Source: an uncultured Gammaproteobacteria bacterium
GTDB taxonomy: Bacteria > Patescibacteriota > Patescibacteriia > UBA9934 > CAZDDW01
Reading direction: 5' to 3'
DNA length: 64,000 bases
NCBI GenBank assembly: GCA_964504365.1
Contig: CAZDDW010000004.1
Coordinates: 14,214 to 78,213 of the forward strand
A program made the position numbers and the translations under genes. Below are positions 1 through 8,781 of the stretch, in pieces (position 1 is the first letter of the stretch; every line of letters begins with the position of its first letter). The notes beneath the pieces are model-generated. The model ran no database searches. It was not told where the DNA came from and saw only the letters and a list, made by a program, of their open reading frames with translations.

Positions 1-444
1 GGTGAGGTTTTGAAAATCCTAATGATTGCAGCCATTGCAGTTTTCTTCGGCTCTTTGACTGGTCACGCCATTGTTGCTCTGGGCTTACAAAAACCCATGA
101 CCTTGGGATATGCTATCACGGCTGTTGTAACAGTAATTGGTTATGTGCTGGTAATTCCAGAACACGGCATGTGGGGCGCGGCCTGGATGACCGTGGTTGC
201 TGAGGTCTTGATTGCCATCTTCACCTTCGCTGTGGTTACCCATAAGAGCAGATTCTTCCCAAAACTAACCACGCTTGGAAAATCAATCATTGCCTGCGCA
301 GCTATGTATTTGGTCCTAATTGGATTACCCCCAATGAATGTGCTTATTCAGATATTAGTCGGCTGTATGACCTTCGGGGTAGTTATCTTTGCTATTGGTG
401 GTGTGCGTATGGAAACAATTAAAGACATGATGCGTCGCGAATAG
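1..444 (+). CDS. C-terminal fragment of a multi-TM polysaccharide-biosynthesis/MOP-family flippase-like membrane protein (gene continues upstream of window)
   Basis: ORF open to window edge; product is entirely hydrophobic TM helices, consistent with the C-terminus of a Wzx/MurJ/MATE-type exporter; next gene is O-antigen-ligase-like. Confidence 0.4.
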   Translation, partial: GEVLKILMIAAIAVFFGSLTGHAIVALGLQKPMTLGYAITAVVTVIGYVLVIPEHGMWGAAWMTVVAEVLIAIFTFAVVTHKSRFFPKLTTLGKSIIACAAMYLVLIGLPPMNVLIQILVGCMTFGVVIFAIGGVRMETIKDMMRRE

Positions 445-445
445 T

Positions 446-1684
446 ATGTTTACCGCATTGATAATACTTTTCACAATCGTTTTCACTGGCCTGGCCTGGG
501 TCAATCTCCGAACGGCCTGTTTTTTCATTTTAGCCACCCTACCACTTTATCTGATTCGTTTTGCAATCGGACCTTTGCCTCTGACTCTGCTCGAACTAAT
601 GCTATTGGCTGTAATCTTGATCTGGCTGATTCGACATCAAGGCTACAAAAAACTTACAACCGACTTTCGTATCCCGATCGTAATCGTCTTAGTCGCAGCA
701 ACAGTGGGTATTTTTGTTGCCCCTGACACAGTGGCCGCACTTGGTGTTTGGAAATCTTATTTTGTCGAACCAATTCTGTTTTTCTATATTCTGCGATCAA
801 TTATCAAGACTCGACAGGATGTCTACCGAGCAGTCTGGGCCCTTGGTCTTGGGGCCGGTTTTGTTGCCTTGTTTGCCTTCTTTCAAAAAATTACTGGCTT
901 AGCCCTCCCAGAACCCTGGGACCTGGCTCGACGGACAACTAGTATTTTCCCTTACCCAAATGCCGTCGGTCTATACCTGGCCCCACTAATCGCTCTTGGC
1001 TTTGCTGCAATATCGCACACAATAAAGCGTCTGCGGCCGGTTTCTAGCATCTTCTGGGCTACAACAATCATCCTGTCAATTCTAGCAATCATTTTTTCAG
1101 AAACCGAGGCTGTCTGGGTTGCTCTGCCAATCGTGCTTTGGATAATGAGCTGGTTCTCAGCCAGACTGCGCCGCTGGTCTGTGCCATTGGGCCTGATCAC
1201 AATCCTTGTGATCTTAGCTGTGCCCTCGATCAACCAGCCACTGTTCGAAAAAATAACTCTGCAAGATTATTCTGGGGGTGTGCGGTTGACACAATGGGAC
1301 GATACGATCGAGCTTCTCAAGGACACACCCCTGCTCGGAGCCGGACTATCTGGTTACCCAATTGCAATTGTGCCGTACCATCAAAATGAACACATTGAAA
1401 TCTTCCAATACCCACACAATGTTTTCCTAAACACCTGGATCGAGTTAGGACTACTCGGCCTGCTTGGCTTGGCTTGGTTATCTATCGAGGTCTTACGCCG
1501 ATCCTGGGCAAGATTCAAAAATCATCCAAAACAACGTTGGCTGATCATCGGCTGCTTAGGAGCCCTGACTGTCATGTTCATTCATGGCCTGGTCGATGTA
1601 CCATATTTCAAAAACGACCTGGCTGTAATGACCTGGTCACTCTTAGCACTTTTATCTGTTGCAACAAACAAATATGAAACTTAA
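446..1684 (+). CDS. O-antigen ligase / Wzy_C-family polytopic membrane protein
   Basis: about 10 TM helices with periplasmic loop motif YPHNVFLNTWIELGLLGLLG resembling the Wzy_C H-x-H-N...E-x-G signature; ATG overlaps previous stop (ATGA-type junction). Confidence 0.55.
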   Translation: MFTALIILFTIVFTGLAWVNLRTACFFILATLPLYLIRFAIGPLPLTLLELMLLAVILIWLIRHQGYKKLTTDFRIPIVIVLVAATVGIFVAPDTVAALGVWKSYFVEPILFFYILRSIIKTRQDVYRAVWALGLGAGFVALFAFFQKITGLALPEPWDLARRTTSIFPYPNAVGLYLAPLIALGFAAISHTIKRLRPVSSIFWATTIILSILAIIFSETEAVWVALPIVLWIMSWFSARLRRWSVPLGLITILVILAVPSINQPLFEKITLQDYSGGVRLTQWDDTIELLKDTPLLGAGLSGYPIAIVPYHQNEHIEIFQYPHNVFLNTWIELGLLGLLGLAWLSIEVLRRSWARFKNHPKQRWLIIGCLGALTVMFIHGLVDVPYFKNDLAVMTWSLLALLSVATNKYET

Positions 1685-2288
1685 AGACGCCGTCGCTGTT
1701 ATTAGTATTTTAATCCTTGTTGCTGTTTCTGGTTGGTTATATTATCGATTTTACTGGACCGATCAATTACCAGAAGCCCCAACCTTTGGCACAGAAGTAG
1801 AGCAACCATTGGCTGATCGTGAATATCACAACGAAACCCTTGGCTTTGGTTTCCGTTATCCAAGCAGTTATGAAATCACCAGGGAACAACTAATTGATTA
1901 TTCTGATGTCCGAGAAATCCGACCCTACATACTCACCCTGACCCTGGAACACAGAGACAATGTTGCCCGACCAAAACTAATCCTGCATGTAAACAAAGAA
2001 CCAACTAGCGAGCGAGCTGAACGAACACTGACTCTTCTACAAGACGATATAGGGGTCTACCTTGCTGATGTTTATGAAGATGACACTTTAGAACGAGATT
2101 ATGTGCGCACGATTGGATCACTTGTGATGACCGACAATAACGTCTACACTTGGGAGTACACTTTCCGCCGTGGTCGGGATGATTATCAACCACACCTTGA
2201 GGCGATGATTAAGTATTTTGGCATTTATCAAAATTTAGAAGCCGGGGAGCAGACAGTTGACACTGAAGAAAAAACCGGGCAAGATTGA
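1659..2288 (+). CDS. hypothetical membrane-anchored protein (single N-terminal TM, soluble acidic C-domain)
   Basis: ORF with N-terminal hydrophobic anchor AVAVISILILVAVSGWLYY; alternative ATG at 1674; no recognisable domain. Confidence 0.45.
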   Translation: MQQTNMKLKDAVAVISILILVAVSGWLYYRFYWTDQLPEAPTFGTEVEQPLADREYHNETLGFGFRYPSSYEITREQLIDYSDVREIRPYILTLTLEHRDNVARPKLILHVNKEPTSERAERTLTLLQDDIGVYLADVYEDDTLERDYVRTIGSLVMTDNNVYTWEYTFRRGRDDYQPHLEAMIKYFGIYQNLEAGEQTVDTEEKTGQD

Positions 2289-2297
2289 TCATCAACT

Positions 2298-2387
2298 GGT
2301 GGAGTGGCCGAGTGGACTAAGGCGCAGCACTCGAAATGCTGTGTGCTCGAAAGGGTACCGTGGGTTCGAATCCCACCTCCACCGCCA
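2298..2387 (+). tRNA. tRNA-Ser (anticodon CGA), CCA encoded
   Basis: GGTGGAG acceptor stem pairing CTCCACC, anticodon stem CAGCA/TGCTG with loop CTCGAAA, long variable arm, T-loop GGTTCGAATCC, 3' GCCA. Confidence 0.8.
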
Positions 2388-2433
2388 AAAACCGCTCGGG
2401 ATATTTCTCGTTTACGGATAAGTTAAAATAAAG

Positions 2434-2466
2434 TATACTAATATCGATATTAATCGATATTTTTTA
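2434..2466 (+). promoter_or_regulatory. -10-like TATACT followed by overlapping ATCGAT palindromes (ATATCGATATTAATCGATAT) upstream of galU
   Basis: sequence aagtatactaatatcgatattaatcgatatttttt immediately 5' of galU ATG at 2473. Confidence 0.3.
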
Positions 2467-2472
2467 GTATTT

Positions 2473-3339
2473 ATGAGCGTAAAAACCGCCATAATTCCTG
2501 TGGCTGGAATGGGAACCAGAATGCTCCCGGCAACCAAGGCCCAGCCCAAAGAAATGATAACCGTGGTAGACAAGCCGGTTATTCAATATATCGTTGAGGA
2601 AGCGGTTGATGCCGGAATTGAAAATATTGTCTTTGTGACAGCAATTGGGAAGCGGGCAATTGAGGACCATTTTGACCGAAACTTCGAACTCGAATATCGA
2701 TTGGAACAAAAAAAGAAAGTTGAGGCACTAAAAGAAGTTGCTGCCATTGGCAAATTAGCCAACTTCTCTTTTGTTCGCCAAAACAAACCGCTTGGTGATG
2801 GGCATGCAGTTTTAACTGCTGTGCCTTTTGTTGATCGGCACGAGCCAGTGGCTGTGCTTTTCGGTGACGATATTATTGATGCCAAGAAACCAGGTATTAA
2901 GCAACTGATCGATGTGTACAACCGATATGGTGATCCGGTAATCATGGTTACTGCCCTGCCAAAGAAAGAGGTTTCTAAGTACGGCGTGATCGACGGAACA
3001 GAGCTTGATGATAGGACATGGGAAATTAAGCGTTTTGTTGAAAAACCCGCACCAGAAAAAGCACCTTCAAATCTGGCTGTAATCGGGCGCTATGTGCTCA
3101 CTCCGGACTATCTTGAAGAACAGTTAATCAATGCCAAGCCAGGGAAGGACGGGGAGATTCGATTAGCTAATGGTTTTGTCGACCGGCTAAAAGCCAAGAA
3201 ACCGGTCTATGCCGGTGTCTTAGACGGTGCTTGGCGACAGTGTGGAGACAAGCTGAACATTATTAAAACCTCGGTTGAGCTTGGCCTGAAAGACCCTGAC
3301 ATCAAAAAAGAACTCAAAAAATACTTGAAGTCCTTATAA
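2473..3339 (+). CDS. galU: UTP--glucose-1-phosphate uridylyltransferase
   Basis: N-terminal AIIPVAGMGTRMLPATKAQPKEMITVVDKPVIQYIVEEA matches the GalU nucleotide-binding signature; length 288 aa. Confidence 0.9.
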   Translation: MSVKTAIIPVAGMGTRMLPATKAQPKEMITVVDKPVIQYIVEEAVDAGIENIVFVTAIGKRAIEDHFDRNFELEYRLEQKKKVEALKEVAAIGKLANFSFVRQNKPLGDGHAVLTAVPFVDRHEPVAVLFGDDIIDAKKPGIKQLIDVYNRYGDPVIMVTALPKKEVSKYGVIDGTELDDRTWEIKRFVEKPAPEKAPSNLAVIGRYVLTPDYLEEQLINAKPGKDGEIRLANGFVDRLKAKKPVYAGVLDGAWRQCGDKLNIIKTSVELGLKDPDIKKELKKYLKSL

Positions 3340-3341
3340 AT

Positions 3342-4736
3342 ATGAAAACAAAAATAATAGGTATTGCTCTGCTCTTGGTTCTGCTGGCTGGCACAGGCCT
3401 GGGTTGCCGCGGCGGTAGCAGCGAAGCCCAGCAAGCAGCTTTAGAAAACGTCACTCTTTATTACTGGCGAGTGTTTGATGATGACGATGATCTTGACGGG
3501 ATTATCAGTGAATATAGAAAATTACATCCAAATGTATCTATCAGGGTGGTTAAAAAACGTTTTGAAGAATTTGAAGAAGAATTGGTTCAAGCCTTTGCCG
3601 AAGACCGTGGCCCGGACATGTTCTCGATTCACAACACCTGGATCGGCCAATATGAACCACTAATCACACCAATGCCTGATTCTGTAGAATTGGTATATCA
3701 TGAGGTCCAAGGAACACTAAAACAGGAGGTTGTTGCGGTTATTCGTGAAAACGATTTAATGAGCCTTGGGGAGTTAGACGATGATTTTGTTGAGGTTGTT
3801 TACGATGATGTGGTTCGTACATACAAAGCCAGCTCATCCAGCAAGAGTGAGAATAGAATCTGGGCTCTTCCATATTCAGTAGACACTTTGACCTTGTTCT
3901 ACAACCAAGACTTGCTTGACGCGGCTGGAATTGCTGAGCCACCATCAAACTGGGAAGATTTCCAGGAGCATGTTCAAAAAATAACCTTGTTGGATCTGGA
4001 GGGTGACATAGTTCAATCAGGAGCAGCCCTAGGCACCACGGAAAACGTTGAACGCGCCTTTGATATTGTTTCTTTGTTAATGATGCAGAACGGCACTCAA
4101 ATGACCACTGATTCAGGATCAGAGGCCACCTTTGCTGAAGCTCCGGAAGGGTCATCAAGCCGGGTTTCTCCAGCCATATCAGCAATCGAGTTCTACACTG
4201 ACTTTGCCAATCCAATAAAAGTTGTTTATTCGTGGAATGAAAATCAACCAAGTTCCTTTGATGCTTTTGCTAATGGTACTGCCGCCTTTTTCTTGGGCTA
4301 CTCTTACCATATCCCAATGTTGCGCGCCCAATCACCAAAACTTAATTTCGACACCGCACCAGTACCCCAACTATCACAAAGCAAAACTGTGAATTATGCC
4401 AACTACTGGGTTGAAGTGGTTTCAAAGAACTCCGAAGACTCAGATTATGCTTGGGACTTTATTAACTTCGCTGCCAGCGCAGAACAAGTTGATTCATACT
4501 TGAGTCGAGCAGACAAGCCAACCGCTCTGCGTGGTTTAATCAGCACCCAACTCGATGACTTAGACCTTTCTGTTTTTGCCAGCCAGGTCTTAACTGCTGA
4601 AAGTTGGTACCGTGGTGATGATGCTTCTGTGGTTGAAGAAGCAATTCTGGATTATGTTGATGACTACTTGTCTGGTATTGAGAGTCCGGAAAGAGAACTG
4701 GGCGTGGCCCAAAGTAAAGTTAATCAAACCTTATGA
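3342..4736 (+). CDS. extracellular solute-binding lipoprotein (ABC-transporter SBP family 1-like), orphan (no adjacent permease/ATPase)
   Basis: signal peptide with Cys (LLAGTGLGC), overall SBP-like length and motifs (YYWRVF..., HNTWIGQY...); no transporter partners in window. Confidence 0.55.
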   Translation: MKTKIIGIALLLVLLAGTGLGCRGGSSEAQQAALENVTLYYWRVFDDDDDLDGIISEYRKLHPNVSIRVVKKRFEEFEEELVQAFAEDRGPDMFSIHNTWIGQYEPLITPMPDSVELVYHEVQGTLKQEVVAVIRENDLMSLGELDDDFVEVVYDDVVRTYKASSSSKSENRIWALPYSVDTLTLFYNQDLLDAAGIAEPPSNWEDFQEHVQKITLLDLEGDIVQSGAALGTTENVERAFDIVSLLMMQNGTQMTTDSGSEATFAEAPEGSSSRVSPAISAIEFYTDFANPIKVVYSWNENQPSSFDAFANGTAAFFLGYSYHIPMLRAQSPKLNFDTAPVPQLSQSKTVNYANYWVEVVSKNSEDSDYAWDFINFAASAEQVDSYLSRADKPTALRGLISTQLDDLDLSVFASQVLTAESWYRGDDASVVEEAILDYVDDYLSGIESPERELGVAQSKVNQTL

Positions 4737-5365
4737 AAAAAGTACTACTAATTGTATTCTTGTTACTAACACCTTCTGTGGCCTTGGCAGCAGACCCTCG
4801 TTGTGCAAGTCTTGTTAGTTGGGAAGAAGCTGGGTTGCTTATGGCAAACATTTGTGAAGAGTGTTGGACCCAAGGCAATTGCCAGCTTGAAGACATTCTA
4901 CAGGTCTTTGCAAATGTTTCTATGTATATTCTAACTATTGTTGGAAGCTTGGCCTTGCTTTTATTTGTTATCGGTGGCTTTTATTGGCTAATCGCCTCTG
5001 GGTCCAGTGACAGAATCACAAAGGGTAAAAAATATATGACTGGGGCAACTGTTGGCTTATTAATTGTTTTCGTTGCATACCTTGGCGTACAAACACTGGC
5101 CACAGCTCTGCAAACCGGGGAGCTTGTAGGAACCTCTGATTTTGACGTTTGTAGTGGTGCTAATGATGGAGTGTCATGTGCCACGCGCAGTCAATGCTAC
5201 CAAGGTATGTGTGTTTCAATTTGTGGTGCCAATTCAGAAATGGCTAGTTCATGTTTTGATCCAGAAAATATTCCAACTGGTATAACCAGCTGCGGCTCCG
5301 GAGCAACCTCTTGTCCTAATGAAGAATATCAGTGCTGTGTTGTTTACACTCCGCCATCAACATAA
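4733..5365 (+). CDS. TrbC/VirB2-like type IV secretion pilin paralog 1 with C-terminal Cys-rich extension
   Basis: signal peptide, then hydrophobic helix-loop-helix with motif IGGFYWLIASGSS shared with the next four ORFs; extra about 75 aa C-terminal domain with many Cys. Confidence 0.6.
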   Translation: MKKVLLIVFLLLTPSVALAADPRCASLVSWEEAGLLMANICEECWTQGNCQLEDILQVFANVSMYILTIVGSLALLLFVIGGFYWLIASGSSDRITKGKKYMTGATVGLLIVFVAYLGVQTLATALQTGELVGTSDFDVCSGANDGVSCATRSQCYQGMCVSICGANSEMASSCFDPENIPTGITSCGSGATSCPNEEYQCCVVYTPPST

Positions 5366-5381
5366 TAGTAATACTTAGAAT

Positions 5382-5717
5382 ATGAAAATAACAAAATACA
5401 TTCTACCTACCGCATTCATGTTTTTCTTGGCAACGCCAACCTTGGCTGTGACACTGTTTGATCCTTTAGGCGGTGCTTCTATACCTGAATTAATTGGTCG
5501 AGTGATTAAGGCGGCGCTTGGACTAAGCGGATCAGTGGCTTTGCTAATGTTTATTTATGGCGGCTTTCGCTGGCTTACTTCAGGCGGAAACAGCAAGAGT
5601 ATCGACGCGGGAAAACAAACTATTACTTGGGCAATTCTTGGTCTAATTATTATTTTTGCCTCTTACCTTATCGTAGACCTTATTATCCGAGCCATTACTT
5701 CTGGAACCACAACTTAA
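5382..5717 (+). CDS. TrbC/VirB2-like pilin paralog 2
   Basis: signal peptide + LLMFIYGGFRWLTSGGNSKS loop + second TM helix; 111 aa. Confidence 0.65.
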   Translation: MKITKYILPTAFMFFLATPTLAVTLFDPLGGASIPELIGRVIKAALGLSGSVALLMFIYGGFRWLTSGGNSKSIDAGKQTITWAILGLIIIFASYLIVDLIIRAITSGTTT

Positions 5718-5796
5718 ATAAGGCTTGTGGATAGTGTTTAGGCTTAATTGTGATATACTTTACTTAAATTAATAAGTTAATTAAATCAATTTATCT

Positions 5797-6231
5797 ATGA
5801 TAAATAAACTAATCGCTTCTGTTGTCGGTCTATCTCTTTGTTTGAGCTTTGCTTTGCCAGCAGTTCCGGCTTTTGCTCAGGACCCAGATCCAGACGAAGA
5901 TGATGCGGACTACATTACTGCAACCGAGCTTTTACAGGCAGGAGATGAGGGGACTATTGGTCAGGTTGCTGGTCTTGGTGAAGAGGACCTAACAGCAGTT
6001 GTTGCCAGAATCATCCGTGCCATTCTCGGATTCCTGGGTATTGTGGCTGTGATAATTATCCTTTGGGGTGGATTCCTTTGGATGACTTCAGGGGGTAGCG
6101 ATGAAAAAGTGGGCAAGGCCCGCAAGTTCATCATTATGGGTATTATCGGTCTAGCTATTGTTCTTGCTGCTTACGCTATTGCTAGTTTCGTTATTACTGC
6201 TCTTGTTGGTGCGGTTACACCGACGGTTTAG
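5797..6231 (+). CDS. TrbC/VirB2-like pilin paralog 3
   Basis: signal peptide (AFA-QD), acidic spacer, IILWGGFLWMTSGGSDEK loop, second TM helix. Confidence 0.65.
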   Translation: MINKLIASVVGLSLCLSFALPAVPAFAQDPDPDEDDADYITATELLQAGDEGTIGQVAGLGEEDLTAVVARIIRAILGFLGIVAVIIILWGGFLWMTSGGSDEKVGKARKFIIMGIIGLAIVLAAYAIASFVITALVGAVTPTV

Positions 6232-6300
6232 TTATAGAAAAATGCCCCTGCCAATGCAGGGGCATAACGTGAGTTGATCTGCCAAAGGTCATTTCACGTT

Positions 6301-6678
6301 ATGCAAAGACTTATTTTAATCATAGCCGCTGCTGTATTGATTCTGTTTCCAGTTTTAACCATGGCTCAAATCGATCCTTCAGCAACTGGTTTGGTTGAAA
6401 CCGCCCAAGAGGCCGGATATGTTGAAGCAGACAATCCACCAACATTAACAGGATTCATTGCAACACTTGTCAACGTGGTTCTTGGTTTAACTGGTCTGGC
6501 TTTAGTGATTCTTTTGATCTATGGTGGAATTAGATGGATGACAGCCATGGGTAATGAAAAAACAGTAACTGCTGCAAAACAAATCATTACCAATAGTATT
6601 ATTGGAATAATCATTATCGTTGCTGCCTATGCTATTGCCAATTATATTATTGTCGCTCTGATTGAAGCAGCTACTTAA
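6301..6678 (+). CDS. TrbC/VirB2-like pilin paralog 4 (start taken at internal ATG 6301; ORF track begins 6274)
   Basis: MQRLILIIAAAVL signal peptide; LLIYGGIRWMTAMGNEK motif; second TM helix. Confidence 0.6.
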   Translation: MQRLILIIAAAVLILFPVLTMAQIDPSATGLVETAQEAGYVEADNPPTLTGFIATLVNVVLGLTGLALVILLIYGGIRWMTAMGNEKTVTAAKQIITNSIIGIIIIVAAYAIANYIIVALIEAAT

Positions 6679-6716
6679 ACTATAAATTAATAAATAGATA
6701 ATTAATTAATTCAACT

Positions 6717-7121
6717 ATGCGAAAACTAATCAAAGGCATCGCAGCCTTGGTTCCCCTCTACTACATCAAAGCCAGTTTGGTATTTGCTCAGGAGCAAGAT
6801 GTTGGTGAAGGATTGACCGGAGCTGAGGAACAACTCGGTGAAGTTGGAGGACAGGTTGAAGGAGGAGCTTTGGCTTCTCAGACCCTACCACAGCTGGTTG
6901 GTAACATTATCAACATTGCCCTGGGTATTCTTGGTATTATCCTGGTTATCCTGATTGTTTACGGAGGGATTCTCTGGATGATAGCTATGGGTGATGAGAA
7001 AAAGATTGACAAAGCCAAGGCTATTTTAACCAATGCTATTGTTGGTCTGGTAATCACAGTTGCTGCTTATGCCATTTCTAGCTACGTCATTTCTGCTTTG
7101 ATCACAGCTGCAACAGGCTAA
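6717..7121 (+). CDS. TrbC/VirB2-like pilin paralog 5
   Basis: signal peptide, LIVYGGILWMIAMGDEKK motif, second TM helix; near-identical architecture to paralog 4. Confidence 0.65.
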   Translation: MRKLIKGIAALVPLYYIKASLVFAQEQDVGEGLTGAEEQLGEVGGQVEGGALASQTLPQLVGNIINIALGILGIILVILIVYGGILWMIAMGDEKKIDKAKAILTNAIVGLVITVAAYAISSYVISALITAATG

Positions 7122-7183
7122 TCGATATTTCGGAAAAGAAAAGGGCGCACCGCGTGCAATCGCGATGCGCCTTTTGAGTTGCC

Positions 7184-7858
7184 TTAGCTCCCGATCAGGA
7201 CGGAGATGTCCATCGGGTCGTTGCCCTGGGGGAGGACCCTGACGAAGCGTCCAGAACGAAGCGTCCGGTACCGCGGAGGCTCATCCGGAGAGAGGCGCGG
7301 CAGCTCGACTAGTAGGTCGACGTAGATCGTGGCCGTGTAGCGCTTCGAACCGCGCTCGTAGGCGTCGTCGAAAACGACCGTGAACAGGCCCCCGTTGGGG
7401 ATCGGTGTCGGCAGGCCGACGTTGATGTCGTGCCCGAGATCGTTCCGGTAGACACCGGCCACACCAGCGTCCAGGAGGTGTCCGATACCCATCCCAACCG
7501 GCTTGCCGTAGTACACGGTGTAGCCGTAGGAGGGCGTGACCATGGCCAGCAGGGGCTGCTCGACCTGGGCCGGTTCACCTTCATGCAAACGGATGGTGAC
7601 CACCTCGTCGTCCGCACGCGGCGGTGCGCTCGGCTCGGCAACTCGCTCGAACTCCATCGTGGCCATGCGGGCCTCGGCGTCGACGTAGAGGTCGCTGTAG
7701 AACAGGATGGCGCACTTCTCGGCATTGCGCTTGCCAGCCAGGCCGTGTTCGGCACAGAAGGCGTCATCCGGCGTGGGAATGCCGGACATGTCCTGTGCTG
7801 TTGCGACCGGAGCCGCAATCAACACGATCAGTACGAAAATGATTCGAATCGTATCCAT
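7184..7858 (-). CDS. hypothetical secreted protein, GC-rich island 1
   Basis: long ORF in about 65% GC DNA; N-terminal signal peptide IIFVLIVLIAAPVATAQD; no recognisable domain. Confidence 0.5.
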   Translation of the reverse strand: MDTIRIIFVLIVLIAAPVATAQDMSGIPTPDDAFCAEHGLAGKRNAEKCAILFYSDLYVDAEARMATMEFERVAEPSAPPRADDEVVTIRLHEGEPAQVEQPLLAMVTPSYGYTVYYGKPVGMGIGHLLDAGVAGVYRNDLGHDINVGLPTPIPNGGLFTVVFDDAYERGSKRYTATIYVDLLVELPRLSPDEPPRYRTLRSGRFVRVLPQGNDPMDISVLIGS

Positions 7859-7860
7859 TT

Positions 7861-8502
7861 CTATTCCTCGAGCAGTTCTCCCAGGCTCCGCAGAGTCCGG
7901 GCGGTTTCGTGGTCTGTGGTTCGCAGTTCACCGTCTGTGTCCTGCAGCTCTTCGATCTCCCGATCGTGTGCATCGAGTCGCTGGAGCACTCCGCTGACGT
8001 CGGTCGGTTCGACCGACAGATGGACACTACCACCCTCTTCGACGTCAGGCGCCACATCCTCGCTGATGTAGATCCGGAAGATCTGCTCCCCAGGACTCAC
8101 ATCCTCACGCTCGACCCGCACTTCCTGGCCACCAAAGGCAGCACTGGTAGTGTAGGCGGCAGCGGATGGACCGGTCACACGTGTGCCCTGGGCGTTTCCG
8201 ACCATGGCACCATTGACCAGGACCTGACCGTTGACACCAACGATCGCTGACCCTTGGCTGAAGCTTGCATCCGAATTGACCGGATCCACATGACTGACGA
8301 ACTGGCAGTACTGCCACTCGCCGGTTTCCCGACAGAGCTCGGCCATCTGCGCGATGTTCGTTGCTGCCCCAGCGTCCTTGCCAACGAGCTGAGCCTCTTC
8401 CAAGACCAACTGACCTGTGTCATTGGCCCTGAGTTCCGCTCGGCTCAGGCAGCCTGTTACGGCGAGCACCAGGCTCACCAACATGATCAAATTCACTCTC
8501 AC
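7861..8502 (-). CDS. hypothetical lipoprotein, GC-rich island 1
   Basis: signal peptide with lipobox-like LAVTGC; 3-nt gap to downstream ORF (operon); no recognisable domain. Confidence 0.5.
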   Translation of the reverse strand: MRVNLIMLVSLVLAVTGCLSRAELRANDTGQLVLEEAQLVGKDAGAATNIAQMAELCRETGEWQYCQFVSHVDPVNSDASFSQGSAIVGVNGQVLVNGAMVGNAQGTRVTGPSAAAYTTSAAFGGQEVRVEREDVSPGEQIFRIYISEDVAPDVEEGGSVHLSVEPTDVSGVLQRLDAHDREIEELQDTDGELRTTDHETARTLRSLGELLEE

Positions 8503-8660
8503 TGTCTTTCCTCTCCCGACATAAAGTCGATTTGTCCGTAAGTCTGTTGGTTTAGTTCTGAAAAGTTCACTATTTTATTTCTTTTTTGACGCTTAAATAT
8601 AGCACGTTTTTGGCTTTTTGTCAACCAGAATAGGCTTATTTTATGTATATTTAAGCTTAG

Positions 8661-8732
8661 GGGGTAGAAAGTAGAAGGTTAATAGTAGAAAGAGTCTGAA
8701 TCTTTCTACCTTCTACTTTCTCCTTTCTACTA
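8661..8732. repeat. cluster of 8-mer GTAGAA(A/G)G repeats (3 forward, 3 inverted copies) forming a complex palindrome in the AT-rich spacer inside island 1
   Basis: ggtagaaagtagaagg...tagtagaaagag...tctttctaccttctactttctcctttctac. Confidence 0.6.
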
Positions 8733-8740
8733 AAGTAAAA

Positions 8741-8781
8741 GACGGCCACCAGATGGTGACCGCCGTTGAGCGTATACGAGT
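8741..8781 (-). terminator. intrinsic terminator after the 856-aa ORF
   Basis: minus-strand ACGGCGGTCACCAtcTGGTGGCCGT hairpin followed by CTTTTACTTT directly after stop. Confidence 0.5.

Noticed and set aside
6236-6262. Hairpin GCCCCTG/CAGGGGC after pilin paralog 3 as an intrinsic terminator
   Set aside because: No T-tract follows on the coding strand, so not confidently a terminator; may be an RNA-stabilising or attenuator hairpin.
7430-8071. Long plus-strand ORFs (7430-8071, 7309-7818, 7909-8250, 8254-8541) overlapping island-1 minus-strand genes
   Set aside because: Typical shadow ORFs of high-GC DNA (Arg/Ala/Pro/Ser-rich, no start context). The minus-strand ORFs have signal peptides, terminators and promoters.
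8661-8732. Possible CRISPR array at the GTAGAAAG repeat cluster
   Set aside because: Repeats are only 8 nt, irregularly spaced and mixed orientation, with no spacers of uniform length; not CRISPR.
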